In this document: piece by piece, positions 29,520 through 39,436 of the stretch
Numbering within the stretch: position 1 is the first letter of the stretch
Layout of the letters: each line of letters begins with the position of its first letter
Origin: Fibrobacteria bacterium
GTDB taxonomy: Bacteria; Fibrobacterota; Chitinivibrionia; Chitinivibrionales; FEN-1185
NCBI GenBank assembly: GCA_037447435.1
Contig: JBBIGR010000015.1
Coordinates: 1-64,000 of the forward strand
Length of the DNA stretch: 64,000 bases
Reading direction: 5' to 3'
Program-made: the position numbers and the translations under genes
Notes under the pieces: generated by a model
Database searches by the model: none
Told to the model about the DNA's origin: nothing
What the model saw: the letters and a program-made list of their open reading frames with translations, nothing else

Positions 29520-30806
29520 TTATCTACTTTCCGTTTCGCCCATTGCCGCAACGAGTTTGGCATGTGCCGTCCGATAATCGTACAAAGCCTGCGCATGACT
29601 GCTTTTCGCATTTGCAAGGGCCAATTCGGCGTCCGTGACTTCGAGCGACGCCGCAGATCCTGCGGCAAACCGTTCTTGTGCAAGCGTCAAGGAAAGTTGC
29701 GACGATTGGATGAGCTTTTGCGTTGCGAGTATCCGTTCCGCAGCTTCGATTTTAGTGTAATAATCCTGGTCTATTTCCGATTGAATGCTTTGCGTATTTG
29801 CATCGAGCACCGCTTTTGCATTGTCGACGGATGCCTGTGCCGATTGCACCGCAGCCACGAGAGCGCCCCCCTGAAAAATCGGAACCGAAAGGTTTAATCC
29901 GATGTTCCAATCCTGTTGCCATGTCGAGGCATCGATATCCCGTGAAGAATATCCGATACCCGCATTCGTATTGAGATCCGGCAGCAATGCGGATTTCGCG
30001 GATGCTACCTGGGCACGCGCCGCATCGAGCTTTGCCCGCAGCGACAGGAGTTGGGGGCGGGAAGCGACTGCGCGGTCGAGGGCCGTTTTCCTATCGATGT
30101 CGGGTTCCGTTGACTCGAGACTGTCGGAAAGCCGCAAGGAATCGTGTAAATTGACGCCTGCGGCGACTTCCATTTGGACCTTCGCGAGTTTTACATTGCT
30201 TTTGGCGGTAATGACGTTGACCGAAGCGTTTGCCGCGTCGACTTCGGCCGATGCGACGGTGTATTGGGCCTGTTTTCCCGTTTCGACAAGGATTTTTGCC
30301 TGGTCCAGATGCGCCTGGGCCTGGGAAAGCGCCTCGGCCGAGACCTCGAGAAGTTTCAGGGAAAGCAAATAATTGAAATATGCCGTTTTGGCATTGACCA
30401 CCACGGAAAGCAATGCGCTCAACGAATCGTTCACCGAGGCCGTTATCAGGTTCGAATTTGCTTTATTTGAATAATATGATTTGCCGAAATCGAAAATAAG
30501 CTGTTGCGCCGAAATACCCGCAGAATAATTATTGCCATAATAATCAACGCCGTTCGCTAGAGACGACGACGACATGGAACGGGCCGCCTGCGCCTGACCG
30601 CTTACCTGGGGTAATAATCGGGACCGAGACGATTTCCATGCTGCGGTTTGCGAGGCAATAGCAGCATTTGCAATTCTCATCTGCGGGTTCTGTTTTTTCG
30701 CAAGGTTGATATAAGAATCAAGACTTAACGGTTCTGCAGATTGAGAAAATGCCCGACAAAAAACGAAAAAAATCGATCCTATCAAATAAACTGCCGTATT
30801 CCGCAT
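29520..30806 (-). CDS. TolC family outer-membrane efflux protein
   Basis: signal peptide; duplicated OEP halves (LLP...QLIFDFG / LLP...VPIFQGG); position in the operon. Confidence 0.9.
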   Translation of the reverse strand: MRNTAVYLIGSIFFVFCRAFSQSAEPLSLDSYINLAKKQNPQMRIANAAIASQTAAWKSSRSRLLPQVSGQAQAARSMSSSSLANGVDYYGNNYSAGISAQQLIFDFGKSYYSNKANSNLITASVNDSLSALLSVVVNAKTAYFNYLLSLKLLEVSAEALSQAQAHLDQAKILVETGKQAQYTVASAEVDAANASVNVITAKSNVKLAKVQMEVAAGVNLHDSLRLSDSLESTEPDIDRKTALDRAVASRPQLLSLRAKLDAARAQVASAKSALLPDLNTNAGIGYSSRDIDASTWQQDWNIGLNLSVPIFQGGALVAAVQSAQASVDNAKAVLDANTQSIQSEIDQDYYTKIEAAERILATQKLIQSSQLSLTLAQERFAAGSAASLEVTDAELALANAKSSHAQALYDYRTAHAKLVAAMGETESR

Positions 30807-30977
30807 GGAAATTCTCCAACCCTTTATATTTATTTCCGGTTTCTAAACCTATTTGACTATTAGCGGGCGCGAATTGTTACAAATTATTATTTTCACACCG
30901 ACCTGCATTATCCACACCCATGCAACAACCGTGCCCTATTTTTATACGGCATGTTTGGCGGATGGGTGGCATGGTCT

Positions 30978-31811
30978 TTACTCGGGTCGTTTAAAAGGTA
31001 GAATTTTCCCGGCGCTTCCGCGTTTTCGTTTTGAAGCCTCTTCAAGCGTTTCTTTTTCTTCTTTTGTTAAGGATTCGATGCCGCGGTCGGAAATCTTTTT
31101 CAGAATTCGATCGACGCGATTGTCATAGTTTTCCTTTTGCAGGGTTTCTTGGCGTGCGGCGGTTTTCGAACGTAAAGTCTGCGTGGTAATTTTCGCATTT
31201 TTAAGAAACGATGCGAAAAACGGAAATCCTTTTGCATAGAACACTCCCACAAGTATTCCGCCCAAATGGGTCAGATGCGAAATGTTTCCCCACCCCTGCA
31301 TAGACCCGAACAGTGAAACGGCGCTGAAAATGGCAACTGCGACCAAGACATTGACCGGTACGAGAAAAAAAAGAAGGATTTGGCGCTGCGGAAACATGAA
31401 TGCATACACGGTAAGAAGCGCGATAACGGCGCCGGACGCGCCGATGACCGGTGTCATCCACGCAAACGGGCTGATGACGGTCAGCAAGCTTAACAAACCG
31501 GAACAAATCCCCGCCGTTAGGTAAAACCGTACGAACCGCCCGGTGCCCCAAAGTTCCTCGATTTCGGTCCCGAACATCCAGAGGGTAAGCATATTGAACA
31601 ACAGATGAAACGGCCCGGCCGGATCGTGGAGAAAGGGATATGTCGCAAGACGCCAGATTTGCAAATGCCCAAAGGTTTGTTCAGGGATAAGGGAAAACCA
31701 TTGGGTGAGCAGCGGCCCTAAGCCGGGGACCAGTTGCAAAATCCACACCGCAACCGAGGCAACAATAATACCGCGAACACCGCGGGGAACCGATTGGTAA
31801 TTAAAGGCCAT
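30978..31811 (-). CDS. rhomboid intramembrane serine protease
   Basis: WRLATYPFLH, HLLFNM, GASG, HLGG; C-terminal VDRILKKI..G.ESLT domain. Confidence 0.92.
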   Translation of the reverse strand: MAFNYQSVPRGVRGIIVASVAVWILQLVPGLGPLLTQWFSLIPEQTFGHLQIWRLATYPFLHDPAGPFHLLFNMLTLWMFGTEIEELWGTGRFVRFYLTAGICSGLLSLLTVISPFAWMTPVIGASGAVIALLTVYAFMFPQRQILLFFLVPVNVLVAVAIFSAVSLFGSMQGWGNISHLTHLGGILVGVFYAKGFPFFASFLKNAKITTQTLRSKTAARQETLQKENYDNRVDRILKKISDRGIESLTKEEKETLEEASKRKRGSAGKILPFKRPE

Positions 31812-32292
31812 TGTTCTGCCTGAATTTTTCCGCAAGCCGTGCGGCGACATGGTCGGGTACGAAACTGCTTACGTCGCCGCGGAAGCGGGCTATTTGCTTG
31901 ACCAGCGTTGAGTTCAAATAAGTATATTTCGCACTTGCCATGAGGAAAACGGTTTCCGCATCCTCGTTTATATTCCTATTTGTAAAAGCCATCTGAAATT
32001 CGTATTCGAAATCCGACAATGCCCGAAGACCGCGAATGATCGCTGTCGCCTTATTTTCCACCAGGCAAGATGCGATAAGTCCGCGATAGACAATGACTGA
32101 AATATTGGGAACATCGCAAAACGCCTTTTTAGCCATTTCAAGGCGCTCCTGAACCGTAAACAACGGGTTTTTGCCCGGATTATCGGCAATAACCGCTATT
32201 ACATTGGTGAAAATTCCTGCGGCACGTTTTGCAATATCGATATGACCAAAGGTAATCGGATCAAATGTCCCGGGGTAAATAGCAATTGGCAT
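31801..32292 (-). CDS. coaD: pantetheine-phosphate adenylyltransferase
   Basis: YPGTFDPITFGH, RGLRALSDFEYE. Confidence 0.97.
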   Translation of the reverse strand: MPIAIYPGTFDPITFGHIDIAKRAAGIFTNVIAVIADNPGKNPLFTVQERLEMAKKAFCDVPNISVIVYRGLIASCLVENKATAIIRGLRALSDFEYEFQMAFTNRNINEDAETVFLMASAKYTYLNSTLVKQIARFRGDVSSFVPDHVAARLAEKFRQNNGL

Positions 32293-32392
32293 GGTAGATA
32301 ACCTCCTGAATACGATTAAAATACGTTTTAGCGCTTACGGGCCGGTATAAAGAACAAATGGTTTTTTGGCAAAAAGTCGTCATACGGGGTGT

Positions 32393-32427
32393 AAAAAAAA
32401 GAGGGTCCCGGCAAAGCCGGAACCCTC
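32393..32427 (-). terminator. intrinsic terminator
   Basis: GAGGGTCCCGGC-AAA-GCCGGAACCCTC with T8 on the minus strand. Confidence 0.8.
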
Positions 32428-32451
32428 AAACGACAACGAAACATTTTACTT

Positions 32452-33345
32452 TTAATCGGCGATCTTCAGCGTAACCGTTCCGGCGCTGCCGGGCGTTTGC
32501 GCCGTGATATAAATGAGAGCGGTCGCACCCATTTCCGTTTTAGCAATGAAAACATCACCCAGCGAGCACTTGGCATATGGTGTCGGGCCGACGGGATCGG
32601 TCCAGAGCGCGGCGACTTGGGCCTTGGTGTAGATAGTGTCAAAAGCCGCTCCTGTAAAGTTCTGTAATTTGTAGAACACTGTTGTATTCGGGGTGCCTGT
32701 CCAGGTGCCGGTGAAATTCAAGCCGAGGGCCTTCGCCTTGTCCGGCGAGAAAAGATAGTCACCGTTTGGAATGCCATTAGCGCCGGAGGAATTGGCGTAA
32801 CAGAGATCGATGACGGAAAGATTGGCAGCGGAATTCGAATCGGCATAGATCGCTGGCTCGTCCAAATCAATCGAGTTTCCTTGAAGAGACTGGTTCGAAC
32901 CCGCGACAACGGATTCGGTATAAAGATCACCCGGCACGATAAAAGCGACGGAATCAGTGAAGGTTTTGCTGCCAATCATCGCAGTAAAAATGAGGTAGTG
33001 TTTTCCGGGAACTGCTCCGTGATGCGCATAAATTCTCGCTTGGGCATCAACCTTTAGGTCAACGACGGTCTTTTGCACGCAGGTGTCCAAAATCAGGAAC
33101 AATGTCGAAACGTCGGATCCGTTCTTGTGAACGGTGAGGGTGTAGTTTGTAATCGTCGACGTTCCTGTCATGATGCCATTGATTGTTCCGAAAGCACTGC
33201 TCACGTTATAAATGCTGTCGGGCGTCACCGCTAGGTTGCTGAAACTGACTGAATTGCCGGACGGGCTCGTAGGACTGGAGTCATTGCACCCCGCGAAAAA
33301 CGACACCGCCAAACCCAGACAAAGCAACGCCAATACCTTTTTCAT
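32452..33345 (-). CDS. hypothetical lipoprotein
   Basis: lipobox FFAGC followed by Ser/Pro linker. Confidence 0.8.
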   Translation of the reverse strand: MKKVLALLCLGLAVSFFAGCNDSSPTSPSGNSVSFSNLAVTPDSIYNVSSAFGTINGIMTGTSTITNYTLTVHKNGSDVSTLFLILDTCVQKTVVDLKVDAQARIYAHHGAVPGKHYLIFTAMIGSKTFTDSVAFIVPGDLYTESVVAGSNQSLQGNSIDLDEPAIYADSNSAANLSVIDLCYANSSGANGIPNGDYLFSPDKAKALGLNFTGTWTGTPNTTVFYKLQNFTGAAFDTIYTKAQVAALWTDPVGPTPYAKCSLGDVFIAKTEMGATALIYITAQTPGSAGTVTLKIAD

Positions 33346-33421
33346 AATGCATCCCCCTTCTTGGGAAAAATTTCATAACTGTTGTCGTGGAGCCCTGCCG
33401 ACAGGAGTCGGCCGCGGATTG

Positions 33422-35218
33422 CTATTTGTTAATAGCCCGGGCAACGAAATTGCCAGGTTGGTCCTCGAAAAGAATCACTCCTTTTGCGTAAACCGGCGAA
33501 TGTGTCAGCGCCTTTGCGGATACATTGCCGAGATACCGCCCTCTCAAATCAAATATTTTTCCGGCCACGCCCGCAGTCTGGTGCATGATTGCACTAGTCC
33601 TGCCTGCAAAGGCAACGCTTGTCCAGTTCTTGACAGGTACAAAATTGTCAAACACCGTCATTCTGGTCGTGCTCACGGTGCTTCTCTGCCAGGTTACGAG
33701 TCCGTCGGTGGTATACCATTTCAAGCCCATGCGGTCGAACCGGCTGCCCAGCGGGGCGAGCCTGGTCGCCAAGTCGGTCCAGCCTGCGGCTGTATTGCTG
33801 CCGGTTGGTATCCACCCGACTTCCGCCACTGATGCCAACCGCGGCCAGATCTGCTGGTCGGGGTAACTTGCATTGATGTAGAGGTATTCGCCCCAGACCA
33901 GGCCATCGAGACCGCGCGAGGTCGCTCCAGCCAGGTTCATCGGTGTATTATAAATTGTCTGCAGGGTGTTGACGGTGTTCCACGTTGCACAATTCGCCTG
34001 GCCGGCTTTATTGCAATAATCAAGGAACAGATCGAACTCCCATGAAACCACATCGCCGGGCAGGCGGGTATGAAGATATGGTTCGACAAGCGTGGTCGCA
34101 TCCTGATATATCACCTGTCCGTTGTAGGTCCCGGAAATTTCGCCCCACCCCATCATCATTTTTCCGGCTGCCCTGACTCTTTTCTCAGCCAGTCTGACAA
34201 AGGGAGTATAATCCGCGATTGGAGTCGCAGCTTCGTCCCCGCCCATATGAATGTAGTTGGATGTTGTAAAAACCGAAGCGCACACCCTGAAGCATTCGCT
34301 TATAAGCGAGTCGACTTCCGGAATGGCCGATGAACCGCATTTAAAATAGGCGCCGTTCGCGGTGACTATGCAATAGTTTGGGTAGGCTGTTGCCGCTGCC
34401 CTGCAATGTCCCGGCATTTCAATTTCCGGAAGAACCGTGATGTGGCGAAGTGCGCAATATTGGACAAGTGAGCGCAGTTCATCCTGAGTGTAATACCAGC
34501 GAGTCCCGGCCGGAGGCTTTACACCGCCTGCTTCACTCGCAGCGCCCACGGTCGTCAGGTTCGGGTACTTGGGGATCTCAATTCGCCACCCCTCATCGTC
34601 GGTCAGGTGCAGGTGTAGCACATTCATCTTAAACAGAGACATGCGGTCAGCCTGTTTGCGGAGTTCATCCAGGGTTATCCAGGTCCGGGCAGGATCAAGC
34701 AGGACCGAGCGCCAGGGATAGCGCGGTCTATCGGTAATGGCTACGGCATCCAGGGTAATGATTGCCGGAACCTGGGCCGGTGTTTTCAGCTCCGCCTCAG
34801 GCGGGAACATTTGCCGAAGCGTTTGAATCGCGTAAAACTGTCCGGTCGAGGTGGGGGCCGTGATTGCCACACCCGTCGACGTCACAATAAGCGAATAGCC
34901 TTCTGCGCCGAATCCCGCGGTATCCTGAATAAAGGTGACCGTAAATTGCGCACTGTTCTTATCGGTGACGACGGTTACTTTTTTGTTGGACTGGACGAGA
35001 AGTTCACTCAACCACGCCACTGCCGTATCTGAATTTGCATCACCCCAAATTGTAACATTTGCCGGGACGGTAAATGCCCCAGTTCCAAGGGTCAATGTTT
35101 TAGGCTTGGGAACGATGTTAACGGCAGAGAAAGAGCTCATCGGAAACAGCAGTATCGCCATTATCGCAGGAAAATACCACCTCATACCATTGTGCATAGC
35201 GTTGCCCCCCTGATTCAT
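33422..35218 (-). CDS. GH20 beta-N-acetylhexosaminidase, secreted
   Basis: D.PRYPWR, HLHLTDDEGWR, PEIEMPGH, HMGGDEA catalytic pair, WPRL..VAEVGW; C-terminal IFDLRGR sorting-type tail. Confidence 0.93.
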   Translation of the reverse strand: MNQGGNAMHNGMRWYFPAIMAILLFPMSSFSAVNIVPKPKTLTLGTGAFTVPANVTIWGDANSDTAVAWLSELLVQSNKKVTVVTDKNSAQFTVTFIQDTAGFGAEGYSLIVTSTGVAITAPTSTGQFYAIQTLRQMFPPEAELKTPAQVPAIITLDAVAITDRPRYPWRSVLLDPARTWITLDELRKQADRMSLFKMNVLHLHLTDDEGWRIEIPKYPNLTTVGAASEAGGVKPPAGTRWYYTQDELRSLVQYCALRHITVLPEIEMPGHCRAAATAYPNYCIVTANGAYFKCGSSAIPEVDSLISECFRVCASVFTTSNYIHMGGDEAATPIADYTPFVRLAEKRVRAAGKMMMGWGEISGTYNGQVIYQDATTLVEPYLHTRLPGDVVSWEFDLFLDYCNKAGQANCATWNTVNTLQTIYNTPMNLAGATSRGLDGLVWGEYLYINASYPDQQIWPRLASVAEVGWIPTGSNTAAGWTDLATRLAPLGSRFDRMGLKWYTTDGLVTWQRSTVSTTRMTVFDNFVPVKNWTSVAFAGRTSAIMHQTAGVAGKIFDLRGRYLGNVSAKALTHSPVYAKGVILFEDQPGNFVARAINK

Positions 35219-35300
35219 TTGTTTGCAAAAACTGAGTAGTTTACCACTCCATTGAACTTAATAAGCTTATAAATATAATAAGCGCTTCAAATCAAGCGTT

Positions 35301-35864
35301 TCAAAACCCGGAACTCTTCCTGAGGAGGTATTCCACCGCAGTGTCCCCGTACTCGCGTGTTTCACGCTCGACGGAAATGTGGCCGAAGAGGGTTTCGGGC
35401 ATTTTATAGTCGCGTTTTCTTTCGTAAATCAACACGCCGTCATTTGCAACAAGGCCCATGATGCCGGGGATCAAGGATTGTAATGCGGGATCGTCATACG
35501 GCGGATCGTAAAAAACGATATCGTATGTTTCTTTGCAGGAAGGCACGAATCTCTGCGCCTCGGAACGGATGACTTTGCACAGATCGTCTATGCCGAACAG
35601 TTTTACATGGGTTTGGATGCAGGCAACCCGTGCGGCATCGGTTTCCACAAAATCAACATGTCCGGCGCCGCGGCTTGCCATTTCGATGCCGAACGCGCCG
35701 CTGCCGGCGCACAAATCGAGCACGCGGGCATCGCAAATACGGTGTTGGATTTTATCCGCAATGGAAATGCGCACCCGTTCCTGCGTAGGCCTGAAATCCG
35801 TAGCCCGTTTATCTACCGAAATATACCGTCGTCCCAATGATCCCGAAACAATACGAAGTTTCAT
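35301..35864 (-). CDS. rsmD: 16S rRNA m2G966 methyltransferase
   Basis: LRIVSG, RPT, LDLCAGSGAFGIE..SRGA, DPPY, YGDT. Confidence 0.93.
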   Translation of the reverse strand: MKLRIVSGSLGRRYISVDKRATDFRPTQERVRISIADKIQHRICDARVLDLCAGSGAFGIEMASRGAGHVDFVETDAARVACIQTHVKLFGIDDLCKVIRSEAQRFVPSCKETYDIVFYDPPYDDPALQSLIPGIMGLVANDGVLIYERKRDYKMPETLFGHISVERETREYGDTAVEYLLRKSSGF

Positions 35865-35867
35865 GGA

Positions 35868-36794
35868 TCATTGCTGAGTGGTTATAATGATGTGGCAATC
35901 CATTTTCAAATTCGCACCCGTAAGGGCTATGAGGGAAATTTTCGTAAAAGCGCATTTGGCGTTTGCCTGGTACACTTTGCTCACCAGCGAAACAAAATTC
36001 TTATACGTTCCGTTTCCTGTCCAATGATACTGGTGTCGGTAAAATCCCCCTATTTTTTCGGAAGATATTTTTTTAAGCCCCTCGGGAATGCTGATGCCGC
36101 TTTGCTTGGCAAGGTCCTCGAAAGACGAAACCAGTTGCGGGAGTTTGTCGTTTACTGTAAACGGCGCATCGATGACCGGTTCGGTAAGATTCAGACCGAA
36201 TTCAAGCTTGCAGGAAAACGCGAATTTGAAGCTTTTGCCGTCGTTGGGCTTGATAAAGGAATACGGCGGCGGCAGTATTTCGACATTTTCATTTTTAAAC
36301 GACGTAACCATTCCCTGAATAAGCTCTTTGCTCGACCCGATGCCGACGGCATACAACGTTTGATAATTATCCATATCGAGCGAACGGAGACCGATGCCTG
36401 CGGGAACCGCTTTGCCGAGCAACTCCGTGACATGTTTCGCAAACAGGATTTCGTAATTTATTTTTTCCGTAAACGAAAGCTCTGCGTACGGTAAAGACAG
36501 GACGCCCGATTGCGTGAGTTTCTGATTGGCATCGCTTACTTCTTTGACAACTTCTTCGACGATATATTGCTGAGAGTACGTGGAAGGCGCGCTCTCTTTC
36601 TTGACGGCGTATTCGTGCGTTTCCTGCTTGACGGGCTTAGGGAAAATAACCGACCGTAATTTCCATACTGTAAATCCTGCACCGCCCACAACCAGCGCAA
36701 TGCCGCAGACGATGACAAGCGGCAGTATATTCAATTTCTTTTTCGCGCGTTTGCGTTTTTTCTGCGGTTCTTTCAGCAGGTTGATGCGTATCAT
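35868..36794 (-). CDS. PilN-like (possibly PilN/PilO fused) membrane protein
   Basis: MIRINLL N-terminus + TM; ATGA overlap with pilM stop; C-terminal GTYKNFVSLVSKV resembles PilO. Confidence 0.6.
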   Translation of the reverse strand: MIRINLLKEPQKKRKRAKKKLNILPLVIVCGIALVVGGAGFTVWKLRSVIFPKPVKQETHEYAVKKESAPSTYSQQYIVEEVVKEVSDANQKLTQSGVLSLPYAELSFTEKINYEILFAKHVTELLGKAVPAGIGLRSLDMDNYQTLYAVGIGSSKELIQGMVTSFKNENVEILPPPYSFIKPNDGKSFKFAFSCKLEFGLNLTEPVIDAPFTVNDKLPQLVSSFEDLAKQSGISIPEGLKKISSEKIGGFYRHQYHWTGNGTYKNFVSLVSKVYQANAKCAFTKISLIALTGANLKMDCHIIITTQQ

Positions 36795-37699
36795 TTCGCA
36801 CCCCGGATCGCGCAGCCGACCGCAACTGCCAAAAATGGAATGCATTGTTTCATATCGGCTTCGGGAATATTTACCGTCGCCTTTATGGATGCCAACGGAT
36901 TGAGCATCTGTGCATTGCCGAGCCGTGAAAAAACAACATCGCTGAATTGGGGCCTACCGAACACAGAACCGGTGCAGAAAATGGGAAACGTGGCCGGTTG
37001 CGAAAGCGAAACAAAACTTTGTTCAACAGCTTCATTTATCAAATCGGCATACGCTTCGGGCGCCGAAAGCCCGGCGTTATGGTCGATGATGTCGAAATCC
37101 AAAAACGATCCGTTTTGCGTCACGATGATGCTTGTCGCATGATCTTTTCCGTGAACGATGATTGCGGGGGCCGATACGAAATCGCCGTAATTTGCTTCGA
37201 AGACGTTTACCAATGCAAAAATGTCGAGATCGACGGCGAGCGGATTCAATTTACCGGCTTTGAGCAAGGCCGCCATTTTTTGCACGCCGGAATTTTTGTA
37301 GGCAGCCGCAATGTACCAGTCGACCTCGGTATCGCTTGTTGGGCGGCACGGTTCAAAATCAAACGCATAATCGTCGATCGAGCCGATGATTTGCTGCGAC
37401 AATTCCCATTCGATGGTATCGCGCAGATCCGCGTTTTTTTTATCGACCATAAGTTTCTTGACAATAGCAAAATCCAGAGGCAGTGCCGCGACGGCGTCCT
37501 GTCCTTCGGCCTGCATTTTCGAAATGAGCTTTTTAAGGCTTTGTTTTATATAGGATTGATCGGATGCCGAAGACTGGGATTCGTCTATAGGCGATATGGC
37601 GACATTTAAAATGCTTTGCGAGGAAGGTGAATACTGCGCAATGCTGATATGGTCTTTTTTTATGTCGATGCCGTTAACGCAATCGCCGCGTGGCGCCAT
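36791..37699 (-). CDS. pilM: type IV pilus assembly protein PilM-like
   Basis: GIDI, IEWE..Q.I..DYAFDF, VDLDIFALVN, AVAVGCAIRG. Confidence 0.78.
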   Translation of the reverse strand: MAPRGDCVNGIDIKKDHISIAQYSPSSQSILNVAISPIDESQSSASDQSYIKQSLKKLISKMQAEGQDAVAALPLDFAIVKKLMVDKKNADLRDTIEWELSQQIIGSIDDYAFDFEPCRPTSDTEVDWYIAAAYKNSGVQKMAALLKAGKLNPLAVDLDIFALVNVFEANYGDFVSAPAIIVHGKDHATSIIVTQNGSFLDFDIIDHNAGLSAPEAYADLINEAVEQSFVSLSQPATFPIFCTGSVFGRPQFSDVVFSRLGNAQMLNPLASIKATVNIPEADMKQCIPFLAVAVGCAIRGAK

Positions 37700-37974
37700 A
37701 GTTCACCAAATCTAATTGTGTAGCTGCAAATGCAAAAAAAAAAGAAAGGGTTAGTCCTTTGTTATAAAATGCGTCATTTTTCCCCATAATGCAACAATCT
37801 CGATAGATTGGTGAATTTTTCCGGAAGCCGCTTCCCGTGTGGATGTGACCCGGCAAGGGGAATTTTGATCCCGCGATTGCACGGAGTATATTGATCGCCG
37901 ATATATTCAGGATTATATTTTTCCGTTTCCTGCGGTTTTTGAAATCAAGTTTTACTACTAATAAGGATTTAAAG

Positions 37975-38790
37975 ATGGAAGGCATTTCAAGTTTCGGCCG
38001 ATTATTGGACAAAGTCAAAGAGAAAAACCCATTGGTGCATCAAATTACCAATTATGTAACGGTAAACGACTGCGCCAATATCGTTCTTGCTTTGGGAGGT
38101 TCGCCGGTGATGGCCGACGATGAAACGGAAGTTGAGGAAATGGTATCGATAGCTTCTGCCCTGGTGATCAATATTGGAACATTGAACGGGCGCACGATAA
38201 AATCAATGCTTTTAGCCGGCAAAAAAGCAAATGAGGTCGGGGTGCCGGTAATTCTGGATCCCGTAGGAGTGGGCGCCACTGCTTTAAGAACCGATACTGC
38301 AAAAAGACTTATCAAGGAAATTCGACTGTCGATTTTGCGGGGCAATTTGTCGGAAATCAAAACAATAGCGGGTTTGGAAACAAAAACCAGAGGCGTCGAC
38401 AGCGTCGACGCCCAAAACGCCGGCACGACGAACGTTGCCCAAATCGTGGCGAAAGAATTGCATTGTACCGTAGCAATAACCGGTAAGCAAGATGTTGTTT
38501 CCGACGGGAAAAGAACGGGCCTGATCGATAACGGTCATCCGATATTATCGAAAGTCACGGGCACGGGGTGTATGGCAACCGCATTGATCGGCTGTTACGC
38601 CGGCGTGACCGACAACGCGTTTCTCGCTTCATGCGCCGGAATAATAACCATGGGGTTGGCGGGAGAAAAAGCCCGGGCTGCCATAGGGGACCCGGCGGGA
38701 ATCGGCAGTTTTAAAGTTGCTCTTTTTGACTCGATTTATAAATTGACATCGCAAGACCTTATAAACGGCAGTAAGTTTCATGAAAGCTAG
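37975..38790 (+). CDS. thiM: hydroxyethylthiazole kinase
   Basis: [39 protein letters not shown]. Confidence 0.96.
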   Translation: MEGISSFGRLLDKVKEKNPLVHQITNYVTVNDCANIVLALGGSPVMADDETEVEEMVSIASALVINIGTLNGRTIKSMLLAGKKANEVGVPVILDPVGVGATALRTDTAKRLIKEIRLSILRGNLSEIKTIAGLETKTRGVDSVDAQNAGTTNVAQIVAKELHCTVAITGKQDVVSDGKRTGLIDNGHPILSKVTGTGCMATALIGCYAGVTDNAFLASCAGIITMGLAGEKARAAIGDPAGIGSFKVALFDSIYKLTSQDLINGSKFHES

Positions 38791-39433
38791 CAAACCGATA
38801 GATTATTCACTGTATCTGGTTACCGATAGAAAATTATTAAAAGGAAACAACCTTCTCGGCAGTATTGAAGAGGCGATTACGGGCGGTGTTACCATAATCC
38901 AACTGCGTGAGAAGGACTGCTGTACCCGTGATTTTTTTGATGTTGCCCTCAAAGTCAAAACAATAACGGATTCCCATAATATCCCGCTCATCATCAACGA
39001 CCGTTTAGACATTGCCTTGGCGGTAAACGCCGCCGGACTTCATATCGGTCAAGATGATATGCCGGCAAAAATCGCACGAAAGCTTTTAGGGCCGGCTAAA
39101 ATCCTGGGAGTTTCGGCCTCGACGCTCGAAGAGGCGATAACGGCCCAGATAGACGGCGCGGATTATTGCGGCGTCGGGGCTATTTTCCCCACCGGCTCAA
39201 AACACGATGCCCGGCAGGTACCGTTGGAAACATTACGGCAGATTAAAGCCCGTCTCACCATCCCTATTGTCGCTATCGGCGGCATCAATCAAAATAATGC
39301 ACGAACGGTTTTACAGGAAAAGGTCGACGGCATAGCAGTAATATCGGCGATTCTTTGCGAACAAGATTGTCGGAAAGCTGCGGAAAACCTGGGGAAAATA
39401 GTTCGGTCGGAAATCCGGGAAAAATGCGTTTAA
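38780..39433 (+). CDS. thiE: thiamine-phosphate synthase
   Basis: [34 protein letters not shown]. Confidence 0.96.
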   Translation: MKASKPIDYSLYLVTDRKLLKGNNLLGSIEEAITGGVTIIQLREKDCCTRDFFDVALKVKTITDSHNIPLIINDRLDIALAVNAAGLHIGQDDMPAKIARKLLGPAKILGVSASTLEEAITAQIDGADYCGVGAIFPTGSKHDARQVPLETLRQIKARLTIPIVAIGGINQNNARTVLQEKVDGIAVISAILCEQDCRKAAENLGKIVRSEIREKCV

Positions 39434-39436
39434 GGC

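Noticed and set aside
29510..29683. N-terminal extensions in the ORF track (macA; similarly pcrA, HD-GYP, thiM, L,D-transpeptidase)
   Set aside because: They overlap upstream genes or lack homology; downstream starts fit RBS and domain boundaries better
37700..37974. TPP riboswitch upstream of thiM-thiE
   Set aside because: No CTGAGA or ACCTGAT..AATG/AGCG core visible
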